64,000 bases of DNA from Neocallimastix sp. 'constans' (GCA_050613775.1 JBODTK010000010.1:1-64000); one strand, 5' to 3'; shown: positions 50,484 through 64,000, counted from the stretch's first letter. A program made the numbers and translations. The notes: generated by a model not told the origin, from the letters alone.

Positions 50484-50639
50484 TAATATTAATAACAAAA
50501 TCTCTTAAAACTATTGGATTCTAATTATATTATAATTTATTTAATTAAATTTAAATATCTTAAAAAATTTATCAAACTAACTAAAATATATAATAATATT
50601 ATCTTTTTTAAATTTTATTATTAATTATTGATTTTGTTA

Positions 50640-51365
50640 TATAGGATATTTTTACTATAATTTTTTATCAGTAAAATATTATAATATGGAATAATTCCAT
50701 CTCATATTAATTTATTTTAGGCATTCTTAATTTTTTTTTAATCAAATAAATTAATTTAGATTTTTTAAAAATAAAATTATTAAAAAAAAAAAAAAATAAA
50801 TAAATAAAAAAAAAAATAAATAAAAAAAAAAATAATAAAAAAAAAAAATTTATTTTAAAATAGATATTTAAATAAAAATATGTAAATATAAAAATATATA
50901 TTTTTCTCTGTTTAATATTAGTAATTATTTTTAGTATTTCTTTGATCCAATTTTTTATTATAATAAAGTTTTTATTTACTTTATTAATTTAATTATTATA
51001 AATTAAATTTAAGAAATAAAAAAAAAAAAAAATAATTTAATTATTTTGTTGTAAAGGATATTTTTACTATAATTTTTTATCGGTAAAATTTTATAATATG
51101 GAATAATTCCATCTCATATTAATATATTTTAGGCATTCTTATTTTTTTTTTTAATCAAATAAATCAATTCAGATTTTTTAAAAATAAATTTGTTTTAAAA
51201 TAGATATTTAAATAAAAAAAATACATATTAATAAATATATATATTTCTCTGTTTAATTCATATTACTTAATTACATAATTTATTTTTAGTATTTCTTAGA
51301 TCCAATTTTTGATTTATTTTATTTTATTAATTTAATTATTATAAATTAGATTTAAGAAATAAAAA
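50640..51365 (+). repeat. ~410-bp period direct duplication upstream of PFL copy 2
   Basis: ATAATATGGAATAATTCCATCTCATATTAAT...TTTAGGCATTCTTA at ~50681 and ~51094. Confidence 0.8.
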
Positions 51366-51709
51366 AAAAAAAATAATAATAATAATTACTATTAAAATCT
51401 AATTTATAATAATTAATAAAATTAATAAAAATTTTATTATATATTTCTTAAAAAATAAAATTTGTATATATAATTTTAAAATAAAAACTTTAAAAAATAA
51501 TTTTTATATATAATTTTAAAATATAAAAGGAATCATTTTTTTCTTCAAAAAAATTTTTATTTTTCTCAATTCATTTTAAATATATATCAAGAATTAAAAT
51601 TATAAAAAATTAATTCTTTATACCAAAGAAAAAAAAAATAAAATTTATAAAGATTTTTTTCTTAAAATAAAATAAATATAACTTAAATAGAAAAAAAATA
51701 TATGACAAA

Positions 51710-54130
51710 ATGGAAAACATTATTTTAAGTCAAGCTAACAATGCTGTTGTTCCAGTTACCGCTGTTGCTGCAGTTAAAGTTGCAGGTCCAGCTGTTTCAC
51801 GTTCTCTACATACTACTCCAATGAGAAGTACAAGTCTTAGGATGAAGACGACTTCAAAGACTTCTTCTAAGAGTATCCAAACTATGAAATATTCTTCTAA
51901 GGTAGCTCCATGTATCACCAATGATGCAGCTGCTAAGAGCGAAATTGATGTTGAAGGCTGGATCAAGAAACACTACACCCCATATGAAGGAGATGCCTCC
52001 TTCCTTTCTGGACCAACAGAAAAGACAAAGAAGCTTTTCAGTAAGGCTGAAGAATACTTAGCTAAAGAACGTGCCAATGGAGGTTTATATGATGTTGATC
52101 CACACACCCCATCAACCATCACTTCACATAAGCCAGGTTACCTTGATAAGGAAAATGAAGTTATCTACGGATACCAAACCGATGTTCCATTGAAGAGAGC
52201 CATTAAACCATTTGGTGGTGTAAACATGGTTAAGAATGCCCTTAAGGCTGTTAATGTCCCAATGGACAAGGAAGTAGAACACATCTTCACCGATTATCGT
52301 AAGACTCACAACACTGCAGTCTTTGATATCTACTCAAAGGAAATGAGAGCCGGTCGTTCCAATGCGATCATGACAGGTTTACCAGATGGTTATGGACGTG
52401 GTCGTATTATCGGTGACTACCGTCGTGTCGCTCTTTACGGTACTGATCGCCTTATTGCTCAAAAGGAAAAAGATAAGGCGGAATTACAAAAGAAACAAAT
52501 GGATGAACCAACCATGAAGTTAATTGGAGAAGTAGCAGATCAAGTTAAAGCTCTTAAGCAACTTACTCAAATGGCCAAATCATATGGTATTGATATTTCA
52601 AAACCAGCCAAGAATGCCAGAGAAGCTACACAATTCGTTTACTTTGGCTATTTAGGATCGATTAAGGAACAAGATGGAGCAGCAATGTCTCTTGGAAGAG
52701 TTGATGCCTTCCTTGATTGTTTCTTCGAAAACGATTTAAAGAATGGCGTCATCACAGAATCTGAGGCACAAGAAATCATTGATAATCTTATCTTGAAGTT
52801 ACGTTTCGCTCGTCATTTACGTACTCCAGAATACAATGATTTATTTGCTGGTGACCCAACTTGGGTTACTATGTCCCTTGGAGGTATGGGAAGTGATGGT
52901 CGTACATTAGTTACTAAGACATCATTCCGTGTTCTCAACACGCTCTACAATTTAGGACCAGCTCCAGAACCAAACATCACTGTTCTTTGGAACAAGGCTC
53001 TTCCAAAGAACTTCAAGGACTTTGCTACCAAGGTATCCATTGATACCTCATCCATTCAATATGAATCGGATGCCCTCATGTCAGCCAGATTCGGAGATGA
53101 CTATGGTATTGCTTGCTGTGTTTCAGCCATGAGAATTGGAAAAGACATGCAATTCTTTGGAGCTCGTTGCAACCTTGCCAAGCTTATGCTTTATGTCCTT
53201 AACCATGGTAAGGATGAAAGAACTGGTAAGCAAGTTGGACCAGATTTCGGCCCTGTTCCAGAAGGACCAATTCCATTTGATTGGATGTGGGAAACCTACG
53301 ATAAGGCCATGGATTGGATAGCCAAGCTTTATGTCAATACCATGAATGTCATTCACTTCTGTCATGACCAATACTGTTATGAATCTCTTCAAATGGCTCT
53401 CCACGACACCGATGTTCGCCGTCTCATGGCCTTTGGTGTTGCTGGTCTTTCTGTTGTTGCTGATTCCTTCTCAGCTATTAAATATGCGAAAGTCACACCA
53501 ATTCGTGATCCAAAGACTGGTTTAACCGTTGACTTCAAGGTTGAAGGCGATTTCCCAAAATTCGGAAATGATGATGATCGTGTTGACTTCTTCGCCAGAA
53601 CGGTAACTGACAAGCTTATTACTAAGCTTAGAAAGACACCAACCTACCGTGGTGCCACTCATACTCTTTCTATTCTTACTATTACTTCCAATGTTGTCTA
53701 TGGTAAGAAGACAGGTTCTACTCCAGATGGTCGTAAAGCCGGACAACCATTTGCGCCAGGTTGTAATCCAATGCATGGTCGTGAATTCTCTGGTGCTGTT
53801 GCTTCTCTTTCTTCCGTTGCCAAAGTCAACTACGACTCCTGCATGGATGGTATTTCCAACACCTTCTCTATTGTTCCAAATACCATTGGTAAGAGTTTAA
53901 AGGAACGCCAGGGTAATCTTTCAGGTTTATTAGATGGATACTTCAGCAAGGGAGCTCACCACCTTAACGTCAATGTTCTTAAGCGTGAAACTTTAGAAGA
54001 TGCCATGGCTCATCCAGAAAACTATCCAAACCTTACGATTCGTGTTTCTGGTTATGCCGTTAACTTTGTTAAATTAACACCAGCTCAACAAAAGGAAGTC
54101 ATTGCCCGTACTTTCCATGAAAAAATGTAA
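51710..54130 (+). CDS. pfl: Pyruvate formate-lyase with presequence, copy 2
   Basis: Same 806-aa protein as copy 1. The only difference I see is residue 3 (N vs S), plus scattered synonymous changes. Confidence 0.97.
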   Translation: MENIILSQANNAVVPVTAVAAVKVAGPAVSRSLHTTPMRSTSLRMKTTSKTSSKSIQTMKYSSKVAPCITNDAAAKSEIDVEGWIKKHYTPYEGDASFLSGPTEKTKKLFSKAEEYLAKERANGGLYDVDPHTPSTITSHKPGYLDKENEVIYGYQTDVPLKRAIKPFGGVNMVKNALKAVNVPMDKEVEHIFTDYRKTHNTAVFDIYSKEMRAGRSNAIMTGLPDGYGRGRIIGDYRRVALYGTDRLIAQKEKDKAELQKKQMDEPTMKLIGEVADQVKALKQLTQMAKSYGIDISKPAKNAREATQFVYFGYLGSIKEQDGAAMSLGRVDAFLDCFFENDLKNGVITESEAQEIIDNLILKLRFARHLRTPEYNDLFAGDPTWVTMSLGGMGSDGRTLVTKTSFRVLNTLYNLGPAPEPNITVLWNKALPKNFKDFATKVSIDTSSIQYESDALMSARFGDDYGIACCVSAMRIGKDMQFFGARCNLAKLMLYVLNHGKDERTGKQVGPDFGPVPEGPIPFDWMWETYDKAMDWIAKLYVNTMNVIHFCHDQYCYESLQMALHDTDVRRLMAFGVAGLSVVADSFSAIKYAKVTPIRDPKTGLTVDFKVEGDFPKFGNDDDRVDFFARTVTDKLITKLRKTPTYRGATHTLSILTITSNVVYGKKTGSTPDGRKAGQPFAPGCNPMHGREFSGAVASLSSVAKVNYDSCMDGISNTFSIVPNTIGKSLKERQGNLSGLLDGYFSKGAHHLNVNVLKRETLEDAMAHPENYPNLTIRVSGYAVNFVKLTPAQQKEVIARTFHEKM

Positions 54131-55848
54131 ATCAATTAAAAAGCAATTTGGGTTAAATTTGATTATCAAAAAAAAAAAAAAAAAAGAAACTGACAAACTA
54201 TTGTTTTATTAAATTTTTAATTTTATATTTAAAATTTAATATTTAAATAGTTAATTAATATTTTTAAAGATTTAATATTTAAATATATATATATAATATA
54301 CTTATTGAATTTAATTATAAATATTAATATGAATAATTAATCATTATATATTTATTAATATGAAAAAGCTAATTATTAAAATCTGAAATATTTATTAATA
54401 TAACAGAAAAAATCAAATTATTATTATATTTATTAATTTAATATTTAATATGTTATTATATTATACCCATTATATAAAACATTTACTAAAAATGTAAATT
54501 ATAATTATATTTATATAATATATTATTACAATATACCCAAATAAAATATAAAATATTTAAAAAAATATATATATTATTAAAATGATTTATTCTATTTTGT
54601 CCCTTTCTTTTTATTATTAATATCTTAAATAGTAGTACATTATATTTATAATTAATAAATAGAAAAAAATTAAAATATTATAATTAAAAAAGCATTAATA
54701 ACAAATAAAAAAAATTGATTTATTATTTATATAAAATTGAAATTTATTTTATTTTTGAATAGAAAAAAAAAAAAAAAATTTAAAATTTATTTTACTGGAT
54801 TTATTCATCGTAGTATTTACACTTTTTAATAAATATTGATATTATTGTTTTAATATGTTTTAACAATTAATATATAAACCCTTTTCAAAAATAAACCTTT
54901 TATTTAAATCATTAAATTATGTTAAAATAATAAATAAACTATTTATTTTAAACAATTAATGTGTTACAATAATTAAATATTTTATTATATTTGTATTTAT
55001 TTTAACTTTGTTTTTTATTTATTTTTTTTTTTTTTCCACAAAGAATATTAAAATTTAATTAATTGATTGTAAAAAAAAAAAATATTTTTAATATATTAAA
55101 TTTATCAAAAATAATATTATGAAATTAAATTTCTTTGTTTTTTATTTTATTTTTTTTTTTTATTTCATTTCATTTTTTTTTGATTTATAGATATATTTTA
55201 TTTTTTTTATTTTATTTTTATTTTATTTTGAATTTTAATATTTATTCTATTTTAATATTTATTCTATTTTATTTCCTATAGCTACTTGTTTTATTTTTTT
55301 ATAGATATTTTTTTTTTTTTTATAGCTATTTTTTTTTTTTTTTTTTTTATATCTATTTTTTTTTTTTTTTTTATAGCTATTTGTTCAATTTTCTCTAGTT
55401 ATTTATTTCATATTTATTATGTTTTATATTTTTTTTTTTTAAAAAAAAAAATTAAAATAAAATAAAATAAAAATAAAAATATTTTATTTTTTCAATTTTA
55501 TAATTTTCTATTAAAAAATAAAGATGCAATTTTATTAACCTCAAAAATTTAAAAGTCTGATCAAGTTTAGATAAAACTTATTAATTAATAAAAATATTAT
55601 TCTTAATAGTTTTTTTTTTTTTTTTTTTTTTTATTTTTTTTTTATTTTTTTTTATGTATGTATTTATTATATAAATATAAATAGATTTATAACTTTTTAT
55701 ATTTGTAAATATAATAACTTTAACTTTGTTATATTTACAAATATATAAAGTTATTATCATTAATTATGTTTATATTAATTTTATATATTTATTTGGAGAG
55801 AAATCGTCTATTCTTTATGAATACTTTTTTACGCATTAATAATTAATT

Positions 55849-56460
55849 TTATAAAGAACGTTTTACTCTTTTTTTTGTTTTATTAGAAATATAAATTTCG
55901 TAACAAATAATACCAATAATTAATAAAATAATAAAAATAGCTATTCCATTTTTTTCAAAAAAGGTTTCTTTTTTGTTTGTATCTTCTGGAATACATATTC
56001 CATCAACACAATTTGATGTTAATAAGCATTCTGTGTCCTCTTTACATGTCATATAATCTCTTTTTTTACAATTTATATTAGTACTACTGGAAGTACACAT
56101 ATAGATAGTTTTACTTTTATTTGTATTTACTATACAATTGTTGTTATAGCAAATTTCTGAATAACATTCATTATCTTTAGAACATTTAGGGGTAGAACAG
56201 GTATCTTTATCAATTGTTTCCTTAGTACAATATTTGTATCTACTATACAATTGTTGTTATAGCAAATTTCTGAATAACATTCATTATCTTTAGAACATTT
56301 AGGGGTAGAACAGGTATCTTTATCAATTGTTTCCTTAGTACAATATTCATAAATTAATTTTGGATCTTTTACTATTTTTTTTATTTCAGATTCTTCATTT
56401 TCATAATTTAATGTAGTTAGATAATAGCATTTTTCATTTGGATCATCTTTACATAAATAG
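55849..56460 (-). pseudogene. Cys-rich single-pass membrane protein disrupted by a 113-bp tandem duplication
   Basis: C-x-x-D-x-E-C repeats (CSKDNECYSEICYNNNC, CKEDTECLLTSNCVDGIC), a C-terminal TM helix and basic tail. Duplicated unit starts at 56128 and 56241 (period 113, frameshifting). The upstream frame YLCKDDPNEKCYY... has no obvious start. Confidence 0.7.
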
Positions 56461-56991
56461 GGGTTAGGTTAAAATAATAGTTAATATTAATAACTTTAAT
56501 GATTATATTAAAATAATTCTAAAAATAATAATTAAATAAATAATAATTATTATTATTATTAATTAACTTTTAAACAAAATAGAAAAATAAATTACTTTTT
56601 GGTTTATTTGAAAAATCTATTATATTATTTTATATTTATATTTTATAAACATAATTTAGCATTTTTATTTAATAAAATATTTATATTTTCTTTTATTAAA
56701 TATCAATATCATTAGATATATCATTTTTTCAAAAAAAAAAAAAAAAAATTGAAAATTTTAAAGAAAAATAGAATTCTTTTAAATTAATTTGAAGATATTT
56801 AATTAAAAAAAAAATGAAAAAAAAGAAAAATAAAAAAAAAAAAAAAATGAAAAAAAAGAAAAATAAAAAATAAAAAAATGAAATTGAAAATTCTGTAAGG
56901 ATTCAGATGTAAAAAAAAAAAAAATTACATAATTATATTTAATAAAATTTTATATATCTTGAAAATTATAAAATTTTATAACTAAAATTAT

Positions 56992-57082
56992 TTTTTTTTA
57001 TTTTTATTATTTATAGTATATACATATATATAAAAATATAATATATATATGTATATACTATAAATAATAAAAATAAAAAAAA
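56992..57082. repeat. Perfect ~40-bp inverted repeat
   Basis: TTTTATTTTTATTATTTATAGTATATACATATATATA and its reverse complement, with a 9-bp loop. Confidence 0.8.
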
Positions 57083-57268
57083 TAAAATTGCTGAGAAAAT
57101 TAAAATTTTTAAAAGTTCAAAAGATACTTTTTAAAAAAATATCATAATACATGTGTTAATATATATATATAAAAAAAAAAGAATATAAAATATTAATAAA
57201 CTTTTTATATAATAAAAAATATAAAATAGTAATAATATTTTTCATATGATAAATAAATAATAATATAA

Positions 57269-57299
<31 letters not shown>

Positions 57300-57539
57300 A
57301 GAAAAATATAAATAACAATAAAAAAGATAATTCAATTAATTTTTAATAAATAATTTATATATATTTTATTATTTAATTTTCTAAAATTAAATAAATAAAT
57401 AATAGGAACAATTAAATAAATAGTCATATAAAAAATTTAATCTATAAAAATTACAAAAAGAATTAAATCTATTTTTTTTTTTTTTTTCAGAAAAAAAAGA
57501 AAAAATTAATGTAATATGTAATAATTATAATAGGAAAAT

Positions 57540-58030
57540 TAAATTATTATTCTAAATATTAATTTTTATATTATAAAATACAATAATTCAGTAAAATTAA
57601 AATATTATTCTTTTTGATTTAAGTTAAAAACAATAAAATATTTATTATAAAAACATAAATATTTATTATAATTAAGAAAATTTAGTTTTTATTGCTTTTT
57701 AATAAATATTTATATCTTTATAATTATTATTCTAAATATTAATTTTTATATTATAAAATACAATAATTCAGTGGAATTAAAATATTATTCTTTATGGTTT
57801 TATTTAAGTCAAAAAACAATAAAATATTTATTATAAAAACATAAATATTTATTATAATTAAGAAAACTTTAGTTTTTATTGCTTTTAAAATAAATATTTA
57901 TATTGTTATAATAAACATTTATATTATTGTGATAAATATTTATATTGTTATAATAAACATTTATATTATTGTGTTAAATATTTATATTGTTATATTAAAC
58001 ATTTATATTATTGTGATAAATATTTATATT
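57540..58030 (+). repeat. ~180-bp direct duplication followed by 41-bp tandem units
   Basis: AATTATTATTCTAAATATTAATTTTTATATTATAAAATACAATAATTCAGT at ~57542 and ~57722. Confidence 0.8.
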
Positions 58031-60990
58031 TATTATAATTAGAAAATTTAATTTAAAAAGAAAATTTTATTTAAAAAGAAGATAAACAGATTCAATTCAA
58101 AATACTAATAATATATAAGGATTTCATCAAGAAATAATGTTTTAATATATAATATGTAACAATTACATCAGAAATATAATCGAACCAGGGAGCTAGTACG
58201 GATCACTATGGGTTAGGTTATATCGGTCTCGGGTCGAAGGGAAATTACGAAGTGGAGAAGCATTCGGAGAAGAGGTACCAGTAAAATTCTCAGCAATCGT
58301 ATGGATGTCAAAGCGCCAATACAGAAACACTCAGTAAGGTCGTCCAATAGGGACAATTCTGCCTTTATAAAAAAGAAAGTGTATGACTACCTCAATATTC
58401 CCACTGCTCCTAAAACGGTATACACTGGAAATTTAAAAAAAAAAAGAAAAAAAAAATTATTGTGTAATATATAATATATAATAACATCAAGAAAATTAAA
58501 ATAGTATTCTTTATTTTAACTTTATTTTTTTTAATATATTAAAATATTATTTACATCATACATTATAATAAATATTTTTAATATATTAAAATATTATTTA
58601 CATCATACATTATAATAAATATTAAGATTTTAAGGTATCGAGATTCACTACTCTAAATATTTATTTAAAATTATAATTAAGAAAAATTAGTTTTTTATTT
58701 AATTATTTATATTTGTTTATATTTATTTATTTATAATTTATTTATTTATTTATTATTTATTTATTTATTTATTTATTAAAATAAAATAATATTTTTTAAT
58801 ACATTTTATTTAATTTTTTTTTTAAAAAAAAATAAAGGTAACTAATTTAATTTGTTAATACAATAGTAATTATTTAATGATAGATATGCTATTATTACAT
58901 CTAAATATTCTTTATATTTATTCATTTTTATTAGTATAAAAAGTATAATTATTATTTATATTAAATTAACATTACTCATGAAATAGTGTTCGTTTTTTTA
59001 TTATTAAAAATTTCATTCAATATGAAAAGATATACCATTATAAGCTTCATTCAATCATTATTGTATATATATATATATTTATATATATTGAATATTATAA
59101 TTTTAATAAGTATTATATAGGGAAATCAATAATTTTTTTTTTTTTTTTTTGTATTTATAATTTTAACAAAAATTTTAAGAACAAAAAAAAAAAAATATGA
59201 ATATCTAACTATAAACTATTTATAATCGAGAAAAAAGTAAAATATATTATAGTATTATTTTAATGATAGATAAATCATCCATAATATCTTTTTTTACTTT
59301 TATTTTTTTATTTTTTTATTTTTTATTTTTTATTTTTTTTTTTTTTGGAAATTAATAAAATACTATATATAGTTTAATTATATTTAATTTTATAAGGAAA
59401 TATTAAAATATAATAATTTTTTTTTTAAAATAAAATTTCTAATTAGATTTATGATTTTTGAACATAAATTTATTAACTCTAAATTTTAACTTTATTTTTT
59501 TTTTTTTTTTTGTTTTATATTCCATTTCTTACATAAAATTTAATCATTTCAAATATTATTGGCTCCATAAAATTAACGTTTGTAATTAAAGAAAAAAAAA
59601 AATTTTTTTTCGAGTTCACTTTATAGGACTTTTTTTATATTAAATAAATTTTTAGGACTTTTTTTATATCAAATTAATTTAATAATTAAGATAATTCTGT
59701 ATTAATAAAAGTATATAAACATATTAATTATAAAAACAAAATTATAAATAAAATCAAAATATTTGATTATAAAAAAAAATTATAATTAAGAAAAAAATAT
59801 TTGATTATAAAAATTATAAAAACAAAATTATAAAAAAAAAAAAAAAGAATATATTATTAATATTTATTTACAATATAAATGATACAAAATTATTATATAA
59901 TTATAGATATATTTAATATATATTAAAAATAAAGTATCAAGATTACTTAACATTTAATACTTTTTTATATCTTTTCTTTTTTATTTAAAGATTTTTAATA
60001 TACTATTATTTATAATTTTTTAGTATTTAATATATAAATATAGATTTAATTTAATTAATTTAATTAACTTGATCTTTAATAATATTTATTTATTTACCTT
60101 TTTAATTAATGTTACCAAGTTTAAATTATAATTAATATATACATTTTGAATCGAAAAAAAAAAAAAAAATTCACTATTTAATGATGAAAAATTTTTAATA
60201 TATAAATTGTTCAATAACAAATTTAGCTTGATCAAAAATGATCCACTTTATATAATGATTAATTATAGGACATACATATTTAAGCCTAACATATTATATG
60301 TATCTCTATAAAAATTATAACATTTTTATATATATTAAAGATTATTTACCCTTTTTTTATTATTCTTTTCTTTTTTTTTTCTTTTTTTTTTTTTTTTTGA
60401 TTAAAAATAAAATAAGAATAAAATAAGAATAGAATAAAAATAAAATCTTAATTATTAATAAATTTAATCAAAAATATTCCTTTTATGGAAACCAATTATG
60501 ATTATGCCAAATAGAAAAGTTTTTAGCATTAACATTAGTCATTGTACCCTTCTATTAATAATTCTTTTGAAAATCTATATTATATTTTAAATTATATGTC
60601 ATCATGATAATTTTATTATATTTAAATTCATTTCAATTTAAAAATACTTTGGAAACCTATATTTTATTTTTATTATATAACCATTTTATTATTATATTTA
60701 TGTTATTATCATTTTTTATTATTTTTTTCATCTTATAAAATAATACATTTATTTTTTATAGAATAAAAAGAAATAATAAACGAATATTTAAGGAAAAAAA
60801 ATTTTATAATTAAAAATTATAATAAAAATAGTGGGTTTGAAAAGTTGGAGCATTAGAATTTCCTTGGATATGACTTGAAAAACTCAACCTTTTGATAGAT
60901 AGGACTACTAATAAAAAATTATATTAGTCAATAAAATAATTATTTTAAGGCAAATATTCTATAAGCAAAAAAAAAAAAAAAAAAAAAAAA

Positions 60991-61035
<45 letters not shown>

Positions 61036-61599
61036 TAGAATTTTTATATAATAATAATTTTATATGGTTAGTCATAGATATAATTATATATTGCAAGTAT
61101 ATAATTGTTTATAAACCTAAATTATTTTTTTTAATATTTAAAGTACTACTATTATAAAAATAATCTATTGAATATATATTTTACATTTTTACAATGTATA
61201 AATAAAATTTTTAATGATAAAGTTGTGTTCTTCTGAAAATTATTTAGATTTCTATAATGCTTTAAAATGGAAATATTAATTTTACTTTATTTTTTATTTT
61301 TTTCTTTTTTCTTTTTTTTTTTTTTTTTTTTTCTTTTCTTTAATACTGTATTAATTATTAACTCCATAATAAACAATTAATTGTAAAATATTAAATATTA
61401 ATTTAAATATTTTTTTTAGTAATTTAAAAATATTAATTTATTAAAACTTTTTGAAATAATGATGGAAAAAAAAAAAAAATATAAATAAGCAATAATTTTT
61501 CAATTTTTTAATTATTAAAAATTAAACAAAAAAAAAAAAAATAAAAAATAAAAAAATAAAATATTATAATAATAATAAAATATTTAAGAAAAAAAGAAA

Positions 61600-63381
61600 A
61601 TGAAATTTGAATTAGCAACTATCGTATCACTTATACTTTTAGCTACTTCTAATGTTGAAGTAGCTGCTTTTCGAGTTGGATTAAATAAATCTGATAAGGA
61701 TAATTTATTAAATCTCCATAGAAAAACCAGAAATGCTTTGAATTCACCAAATATGAAAGAAATTTATTGGGATGACGAAATAGCTAAAGCTGCTCAAGAA
61801 TATTCTGAAAAATGTGTAATGGATGGATCGAGATTCGCTCATGATAGTTCAAATAAAAATAAGCATTTAGGTGAAAATTTAGCATGGGGTACTATGGATG
61901 ATGTAACTAGATATTATAAATTATGGGAAGATGAAAAAGCTGATTTTGATGCCTCTGGCCAAAGAGCAAAACTTACCTCCCTTAGTTATAATAATAAACA
62001 AATTGGTCACTATTCACAAATTGTTCGTGCCAGCAATACTAAAGTTGGTTGTGGTTACAACTACTGTAAAAAGGCTAATAGACAATTATTAGTTTGTAAA
62101 TATGACGTAGGTAATATTTTAAATACTGAAGTCTATGCACTACCAAAGAAAGCTGCCACTGCTAAAAAGGGAACTACTACAATTAAAAAAACTACTACTG
62201 TCCAAAAGAAGCCAGCCAATAGTTCTATTTCTACCAATGGTAAATGTGGTAAAGAAAACGGTAATACCAAATGTCCAAATAACGAATGTTGTAGTCAATA
62301 CGGTTACTGTGGTACTACCAAGGCTTACTGTGATACCGGATGTCAATCTGCATTTGGTCGTTGCAATGCAAGTAACGCAACTAATGCAACTAAACCAACT
62401 ACTACTGTTGCTGCTGTCGTTCCAACTACTTCAAGCCAAAAAATTTCAACTGATGGTAAGTGTGGTAAAAAAAATGGAAATACCAAATGTCCAAACAATG
62501 AGTGTTGTAGTCAATACGGTTACTGTGGTACTACCAAGGCTTACTGTGATACCGGATGTCAATCTGAATTTGGTCGTTGTAACGCAAATAATCAAACTAA
62601 ACCAACTACTACTGTTGCTGCTGTTGTTCCAACGACTTCAAGCCAAAAAATTTCAACCAATGGTAAATGTGGTAAAGAAAACGGTAATACCAAATGTCCA
62701 AATAACGAATGTTGTAGTCAATACGGTTACTGTGGTACTACCAAGGCTTACTGTGATACCGGATGTCAATCTGCATTTGGTCGTTGCAATGCAAGTAACG
62801 CAACTAATGCAACTAAACCAACTACTACTGTTGCTGCTGTCGTTCCAACTACTTCAAGCCAAAAAATTTCAACTGATGGTAAGTGTGGTAAAGAAAATGG
62901 AAATACCAAATGTCCAAATAACGAATGTTGTAGTCAATACGGTTACTGTGGTACTACTAAAGCTTACTGTGGTACCGGATGTCAATCTGAATTTGGTCGT
63001 TGTAACGCAAGTAACGCGAATAATCAAACTAAACCAACTACTACTGTTGCTGCTGTTGTTCCAACGACTTCAAGTCAAAAAATTTCTACTGATGGTAAGT
63101 GTGGTAAAGAAAATGGAAATACCAAATGTCCAAACAATGAATGTTGTAGTCAATACGGTTACTGTGGTACTACCAATGGCTACTGTGGTGCCGGATGTCA
63201 ATCTGAGTTTGGTCAATGTGGAAATTCAGATGAAACCATTCCTATTGAAGATGATAGAGAATGTGGTGAAGGTATTGGTAGTTGTGGAAAAGGCTTTTGC
63301 TGTAGTGAATATGGCTATTGTGGTTCAACTATCGATTATTGTGGTACAGGTTGCCAAATTGGATTTGGTAATTGTAATTAA
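61600..63381 (+). CDS. Secreted CAP/SCP (PR-1-like) protein with six CBM18 chitin-binding domains
   Basis: Signal peptide; CAP motifs LNLHRKTR, GENLAWG, GHYSQIV...VGCG and LVCKY; five near-identical CGK.NGNTKCPNNECCSQYGYCG units with Thr-rich linkers, plus one divergent terminal unit; intronless. Confidence 0.93.
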   Translation: MKFELATIVSLILLATSNVEVAAFRVGLNKSDKDNLLNLHRKTRNALNSPNMKEIYWDDEIAKAAQEYSEKCVMDGSRFAHDSSNKNKHLGENLAWGTMDDVTRYYKLWEDEKADFDASGQRAKLTSLSYNNKQIGHYSQIVRASNTKVGCGYNYCKKANRQLLVCKYDVGNILNTEVYALPKKAATAKKGTTTIKKTTTVQKKPANSSISTNGKCGKENGNTKCPNNECCSQYGYCGTTKAYCDTGCQSAFGRCNASNATNATKPTTTVAAVVPTTSSQKISTDGKCGKKNGNTKCPNNECCSQYGYCGTTKAYCDTGCQSEFGRCNANNQTKPTTTVAAVVPTTSSQKISTNGKCGKENGNTKCPNNECCSQYGYCGTTKAYCDTGCQSAFGRCNASNATNATKPTTTVAAVVPTTSSQKISTDGKCGKENGNTKCPNNECCSQYGYCGTTKAYCGTGCQSEFGRCNASNANNQTKPTTTVAAVVPTTSSQKISTDGKCGKENGNTKCPNNECCSQYGYCGTTNGYCGAGCQSEFGQCGNSDETIPIEDDRECGEGIGSCGKGFCCSEYGYCGSTIDYCGTGCQIGFGNCN

Positions 63382-63397
63382 ATATATTGACCTAAAA

Positions 63398-63430
<33 letters not shown>

Positions 63431-63804
63431 CATAAAGGTCAAATTATATTTAATTATAGGAATAGTTAAAATTCTTTTTCAAATTTTGACTATAAAAATT
63501 TCATTTTTCATTTTTTTTTTTAAAAAAAAAAAAAAAAATTAAGAAATATTTACTATTAAATTGTATATTATATTATCAAGGATAATATTTTTTTCCACTT
63601 TTTTAAATATTTTTTTTTTTCTTTATTTTGATATATTTAATTTTTTTAAAAAAAAAAAAAAATATTTAAAAAAAATATTCAAAAATATTATAACTTTATA
63701 AAGTTATTAATATATTTGATTAATATAATATAATATGTTTGATACATATAAAATGAATCAAAGTACAAAAAATATGTAAATAATATTTTATTGTATTATT
63801 AATC

Positions 63805-63836
<32 letters not shown>

Positions 63837-63844
63837 ATATTATG

Positions 63845-63893
<49 letters not shown>

Positions 63894-64000
63894 TAGTTTG
63901 TAAGTAATTATAATTTTTAAATATTTGTAAAAATATTTCTAAAAATAATTTGTTGATATTCAAATTATTAATTAAATAACTAATCCAAAGATATAATTAA

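Noticed and set aside
58205..58222. Telomerase RNA template or interstitial telomere (GGGTTAGGTTA; also ~56460 and ~28604)
   Set aside because: One to two imperfect units only; not a proper 1.5-repeat template and not an array.

Overview
Extremely AT-rich eukaryotic DNA, almost certainly from an anaerobic gut fungus (Neocallimastigomycota). The evidence is fungal non-catalytic dockerin domains, a pyruvate formate-lyase with a presequence, intronless bacterial-type CAZymes, GT-AG introns and very AT-rich intergenic DNA. Genes: a spliced ABCA-type transporter with a long poly-Asn insert; an ankyrin-like gene; a double-domain CE2 acetyl esterase; a swollenin with three dockerins, convergent with a dockerin/CBM1/GH45 endoglucanase; two near-identical PFL genes forming a large inverted duplication; a frameshifted Cys-rich membrane protein; and a CAP/SCP protein with six CBM18 domains. 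The less explained structures are non-coding or mobile. They are (i) two arrays of one ~280-bp repeat family that bracket the ankyrin gene, (ii) a foldback array of ten constant ~36-bp units separated by variable (AAAAT)n tracts with two inverted units, (iii) a head-to-tail A-B-A stack of poly(A)-tailed non-LTR retroposon 3' fragments that, with a fourth relic, all begin at about the same point, (iv) a small MITE-like family, and (v) an unexplained GC-rich island. No rRNA, tRNA or CRISPR array was found. All splice sites, alignments and family assignments were read by eye; no searches were run.
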